Shown: piece by piece, positions 61,001 through 64,000 of the stretch
How positions within the stretch are numbered: the stretch's first letter is position 1
Layout: each line of letters starts with the position of its first letter
From: Verrucomicrobiota bacterium
Lineage (GTDB): Bacteria; Verrucomicrobiota; Verrucomicrobiia; Opitutales; Seribacteraceae
NCBI GenBank assembly: GCA_027622665.1
Contig: JAQBYT010000016.1
Coordinates: 15,203-79,202, forward strand
Length of the DNA stretch: 64,000 nt
Direction of reading: 5' to 3'
Notes under the pieces: model-generated
What the model was told of the DNA's origin: nothing
Seen by the model: the letters and a program-made list of their open reading frames with translations, nothing else
Database searches by the model: none
Program-made: the position numbers and the translations under genes

Positions 61001-64000
61001 ACCGAAATGCAAATGCGGGTGGACAATCTCGAGCACAAGCCAAGCTCGACGATAAAGAACGTAGAATTGGTGCACGCGGACTTACAAAAAGTTCTTCAAC
61101 TTCTGAAGCCGGCCGTTCTCGAATCTCGTAAAAAACTCAATGAAATCGCTCCTACACTAGCCGAACTTGCTCGCCAATTGGCTGAACAGGCCAGAAAGGC
61201 ACAAGCCGAATCCGAGACCATCGTCCGAAAACCCGAGGAAGAAACCCAAGAGGTTCGTCAAGAGACCGCCAAGCTCCAAACCCAGCAACGCGAACTGGGC
61301 GGAGAAATCAAACTGTTCAACGCAGCTCTAAGGCAAGAGGCTAACGTACAAAACGTCCTAGATGAGGAAGGCAGAGAAATCGCCCGCGACGCTGACGATG
61401 CTGCAGCCCTAGTACAAGACAAGGAAAACGCCGCCGAAAAGGCAATCGATCAGGCACTCCAGGCCACCGATAGAGGAAGCCAAAATGAAAACTTGAACGA
61501 AGCCGCCGAAAGCCAAGGTGAACTCGCCAAGGTGCTGGATGCCATTGCCGATCATTTTGAGAAAGTGGATAAGGGTGAGGACGTGGCCGAGTCACGCGAA
61601 GAACTGCGCCAAGCAGAGGAAGACCTTGGAATACAGGAACAAATAGAGGAACAATTTGCCCAAGCCGAACGTCTTGCCGAACTAGCTAAACTTTCACCGG
61701 AAGAACTCCTCGCCGAATTGGAAAAGGAGCTGACGGACAACAAGCCGATGCAGAAAGAACTTTCCGCACTCGCCGAGGACATTATCGCCGAAGCCCAGGA
61801 AGCCCTCGAAGACGCAGCAGAAGAAGAGGAGAAAATCGCCGAGCAACTGGAAAACACCGACGAAGAACTCGTTGATAAAAAGAAGGTATTGGCCAAGGAA
61901 CTTGAGCAACTGGCGCTTGAAATCAAGAAATTGGCCGATCAAGAAGTGAAACAAGCCTCGCAACTGGCTCTACAAGCTAGTGCAGGTGAAGCTTTCAAAG
62001 AATTGACCGAGACGAGAGAAGAACTGCTCGAACTCGCCCAAGACACACAGCAAGACGCAAGGCCAGAAGAAACCGCTGCCGAACTTGCACAAACAGCCCA
62101 AGATTTGGTAGAGCCACTGCTCGAAGAAGCAGGCGACCTGAACGATGCCGCCGAGGCCGCCGAGGCCGTTTCGACACTTACACCCGAACAAGCTGCCGAA
62201 CAAGCCGAACAAGCAACCGCTAACGCAGAAGAAGCAGTGGAACAAGCCGAACAGGCGCAAGAACAGGCTAATGCCGCCGAAGCTAAAGCCGAACCTGCCC
62301 AACAAGAAGCGGCGCAAGCCGTGCAAGATGCCTTGAAAGCTGAGCAGGATGCCGCCTTCGCCGAGCAAAAAGCGCAAGATGCAGCACAGGATGCTACACA
62401 GCAACCAGACAACCAAGCCGCTCAGAATGCAGCTCGGAAAGCCGAGGCAAATGCGGAGCAGGCTCAACAAGAAGCAGCCCAAGCACAAGAGCAAGCACAA
62501 CAAGCACAAGAGCAAGCCAATGAATTTGCCAAACAAGCCAACACAGCCAGCCAAGCAGCGGAACAAGCACAAGAACTAGCTGAAGAGGCCCAGCAGAACG
62601 CCGACTTCGCCAAGGAAAGAGCGGAAAGAAAACCATCGCAGGTCGCTGCTTCACAACAAAATGCCCAGCAAGCGCAAGAGCAAGCTGAAGCCGCCTCCGA
62701 AAAAGCCACCGATTTGGCTCAACAAGCTCAAGAAATCGCAGCCAAGCTAGACGAGCTCAGTGAAGGTGCTTCCCCCGACACGGAAGCCTTAGCGCAGGCA
62801 CAAGAGCAGCAGGAAGATGTAGGGGAAGACGTATTCGAAGCCGCACAAGACGTAGCCCGAGCCGCCCGCCACGAAGAACGACTTGGCAACGAACAGGCAG
62901 CGGAGGAACTCTCTGAAATCGCCGAAGGAGCAGAGCAAGCCGCACAACAAGAAGTCGCTCAAGCGGGCCAGGAGTTGCAAAATGCTGAACTAGCCCAACA
63001 ACTAGAAGATTTGGCACAGGACGCTCAAGACATTGCCCAAGGAGAGCAAGCTCAACAGGCTGCTCAACAAAACCAGCAGGCCCAGCAAGCTCAAGAATCT
63101 CTTCAAGAAGCCGGGCAAGAGGCCCAGCAAGCGGCGGAAAGCCAACCGGACTTTCAAGAATTGGGGGAAGCAGCCGATGATTTCGCACAAGAGGCTCAAG
63201 AAGCAGCCGATAATTTCGCACAAGCCGCCGAGCAGGCCCAGCAGCAAGCCGAGCAGGCCCAGCAGCAAGCCGAGCAGGCCCAGCAGCTCGCACAACAGGC
63301 CCAGCAAGAAGCTCAACAAGCTCAGCAGGAAGCCGCTCAAGAAGCGCAGCAAGCCGAGCAGGCCCAGCAAAAAGCCGAGCAGGCCCAGCAGCAAGCCAGC
63401 GCGCAACCACAAAATGCCGAAGCCCAGCAGGAAGCTCAACAAGCACAGCAGCAAGCCGCTCAAGAAGGGCAAGAGGCTCAGCAGGCTCAGCAAGAATCTC
63501 AGCAGGCTCAGCAAGAATCTCAGCAGGCTCAGGAACAATCTCAGCAGGCTCAGCAGTCAGCACAAGAAGCGGGCGAACAGGCTCAATCCGGTCAAGAAGC
63601 AGCCCAAGAAGCAGCTGAATTGGCCGAAGCCGCCGAAGCTTTTGCCGACGCGTTCCCCGAGGAACCCGCATTCGCGCAAGACTCACCGCCTGAGGATGGT
63701 TTTCCGCAAGATAACTTCGGAGAAGCTCTAGCGGCTGCCGAGCAAGCCATTGGTGAACAAGCCGAAGCGCTCGAAGCCTTAGGCGAAGGTCAAGGCGAAG
63801 GTCAGGGCGAGGGCGAAGGCGAAGGCGAAGGTCAAGGCGAAGGTCAGGGCGAAGGTCAGGGCGAGGGCGAGGGCGAAGGCGAAGGTCAGGGCGAAGGCGA
63901 AGGTCAGGGCGAAGGTCAGGGTGAAGGTCAGGGCGAAGGTCAGGGCGAAGGTCAGGGTGAAGGTCAGGGCGAAGGTCAGGGCGAGGGTCAGGGCGAAGGT
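58013..64000 (+). CDS. Giant membrane-anchored coiled-coil protein (DUF4175-like), >1996 aa, 3'-truncated by window edge
   Basis: GGAG RBS then ATG at 58013; [23 protein letters not shown] helices, [25 protein letters not shown]; same frame reads E/A/Q-rich repeats and ends ...GEG at 64000. Missing from the ORF track, consistent with no stop inside the window (spot-checked, not every codon). Confidence 0.85.
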   Translation, partial: MSVQVDPIILQKLEDFRRRRRNLIFLRGFCSAVVSLLAVFSTIAVADYLVSVYVKGGMPDEVRTALSYLGYGVVVFAVWRTCARLLIHLPSRRHLARLIEQTAPDLREDLLSAVELGRDDGAELDSEIFRNLVQKDVSSRVKDLDMSNALPLTRLRRWLQATAALIVFTLVLLNIPDFGGQFQQLMGRALLPGANIAPLTDIEVAILAPSNDKTITPKSEPLRFLVEVKGKEKDQTFGRVELETKIKNAKLNPVAMAPRQANQFSLDYNVDREKFEYRVWVDGSPRTKWFDMDVASRPYVTSFTKTYRYPEYTKLEPITATDDRGDLSGWEGTEVDLVLNTNQVVTEGTMELDLTGGGLSKLQLSPTADGKGLKTTLVLEKPGTYHTLGVTSQETGWKSKPSQAYEIAVQLDEAPAIRIVSPEEKSQLLAPDDILALTAVAEDDLALEKIEFHVRVNNRGWQKFPVPGLVTPIDEKNVVLRFDLDLLDLKLRPNDSATLKLVAYDRKGAIGESDPIQLSIISRDLDLSAIQTIKLKSLLVEGVTELAEAAEARAKENDELYSTVLKKNGEPISGATADRMRSLTRSLVEESTLLFDQTLTTLTAMPRGTDSFEVTLVTRAVNAINQLRPGIASTHAETALASEDSKVRKQAVQDLKGSIESDKGLLGNLRNMAKVQLNQQVLAVGTTYLRQLLKNQGELIELAKGEYHYKFVARRQEVALNHWRTIENVFNAGSNRRTSATKQISKQEGSLRAALDAETPDRAKLAGEIAKWNDSVRRFYEVEQNLLRSRTRSLRSNRENFLWQVRDSWHDIDEFAQKITLLNSNENEYAGMGRILGDGQWPALVSELQGRSRLEESRKDADSAFVKDTGQASRALQALGNQFRSQISAGEETVVIATKIREIAYLFRLLEAYHQVVEASGLASTFANKEKWEMMKSNNRAERAIHWATAASPWRALSGKIAGIPLDQLGGSNEDRNEAAKILRDLQKQPYATAIDTEMQMRVDNLEHKPSSTIKNVELVHADLQKVLQLLKPAVLESRKKLNEIAPTLAELARQLAEQARKAQAESETIVRKPEEETQEVRQETAKLQTQQRELGGEIKLFNAALRQEANVQNVLDEEGREIARDADDAAALVQDKENAAEKAIDQALQATDRGSQNENLNEAAESQGELAKVLDAIADHFEKVDKGEDVAESREELRQAEEDLGIQEQIEEQFAQAERLAELAKLSPEELLAELEKELTDNKPMQKELSALAEDIIAEAQEALEDAAEEEEKIAEQLENTDEELVDKKKVLAKELEQLALEIKKLADQEVKQASQLALQASAGEAFKELTETREELLELAQDTQQDARPEETAAELAQTAQDLVEPLLEEAGDLNDAAEAAEAVSTLTPEQAAEQAEQATANAEEAVEQAEQAQEQANAAEAKAEPAQQEAAQAVQDALKAEQDAAFAEQKAQDAAQDATQQPDNQAAQNAARKAEANAEQAQQEAAQAQEQAQQAQEQANEFAKQANTASQAAEQAQELAEEAQQNADFAKERAERKPSQVAASQQNAQQAQEQAEAASEKATDLAQQAQEIAAKLDELSEGASPDTEALAQAQEQQEDVGEDVFEAAQDVARAARHEERLGNEQAAEELSEIAEGAEQAAQQEVAQAGQELQNAELAQQLEDLAQDAQDIAQGEQAQQAAQQNQQAQQAQESLQEAGQEAQQAAESQPDFQELGEAADDFAQEAQEAADNFAQAAEQAQQQAEQAQQQAEQAQQLAQQAQQEAQQAQQEAAQEAQQAEQAQQKAEQAQQQASAQPQNAEAQQEAQQAQQQAAQEGQEAQQAQQESQQAQQESQQAQEQSQQAQQSAQEAGEQAQSGQEAAQEAAELAEAAEAFADAFPEEPAFAQDSPPEDGFPQDNFGEALAAAEQAIGEQAEALEALGEGQGEGQGEGEGEGEGQGEGQGEGQGEGEGEGEGQGEGEGQGEGQGEGQGEGQGEGQGEGQGEGQGEGQGEG
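63227..63556 (+). repeat. In-frame 21-bp tandem repeats (AEQAQQQ x~3 at 63227-63286; QQAQQES x~4 at 63479-63556)
   Basis: GCCGAGCAGGCCCAGCAGCAA and CAGCAGGCTCAGCAAGAATCT tandem copies. Confidence 0.85.
63782..64000 (+). repeat. In-frame (GE/GQ)n microsatellite-like repeat, continues past the window
   Basis: GGCGAAGGTCAG-type 12/6-bp units over 219 bp encoding [14 protein letters not shown]... Confidence 0.93.

Noticed and set aside
60204..63731. Leu-, Ser/Cys- or Lys/Pro-rich ORFs listed in the track
   Set aside because: Alternative-frame or antisense readings of the giant A/E/Q-rich gene starting at 58013.

Overview
Gene-dense bacterial chromosomal window; gene content and style suggest a Verrucomicrobiota (Opitutae-like) genome, which is an inference. 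In order: the 3' part of ffh; an ~830-bp tandem array of cruciform palindromic (REP/RPE-like) units; a minus-strand run tRNA-Val-ilvN-ilvC-hemC-cobA/hemD-trpF; thyA-[TylF-type methyltransferase]-folA; tag; a copper-delivery cluster (SCO, His-rich protein, DUF420) divergent from a caa3-type cytochrome c oxidase operon (ctaB-C-D-E-F-G); carA; an HDAC-family gene; a CII-like regulator; fucU; an ~14-kb sugar/polyol catabolic cluster (SorD-like, SorE-like, aldolase remnant, fused E1 alpha/beta, E3, E2, DeoR, MtlD-like, PHP, PfkB kinase, PMI-like cupin); pap; a porin; an ECF sigma/anti-sigma/PDZ module; an ebo operon without a recognisable eboA; and a MoxR-DUF58-BatA/VWA locus ending in a >1996-aa gene that runs off the window in a GEGQ repeat and is absent from the ORF track. 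The most striking observations are (1) CBM5/12-like (chitin-binding-type) modules fused into two oxidase subunits, (2) a 2-oxoacid-dehydrogenase-type complex embedded in a ketose/polyol-phosphate pathway with a visible phased DeoR operator, and (3) the structured repeat array. All assignments come from reading motifs by eye; no searches were run.
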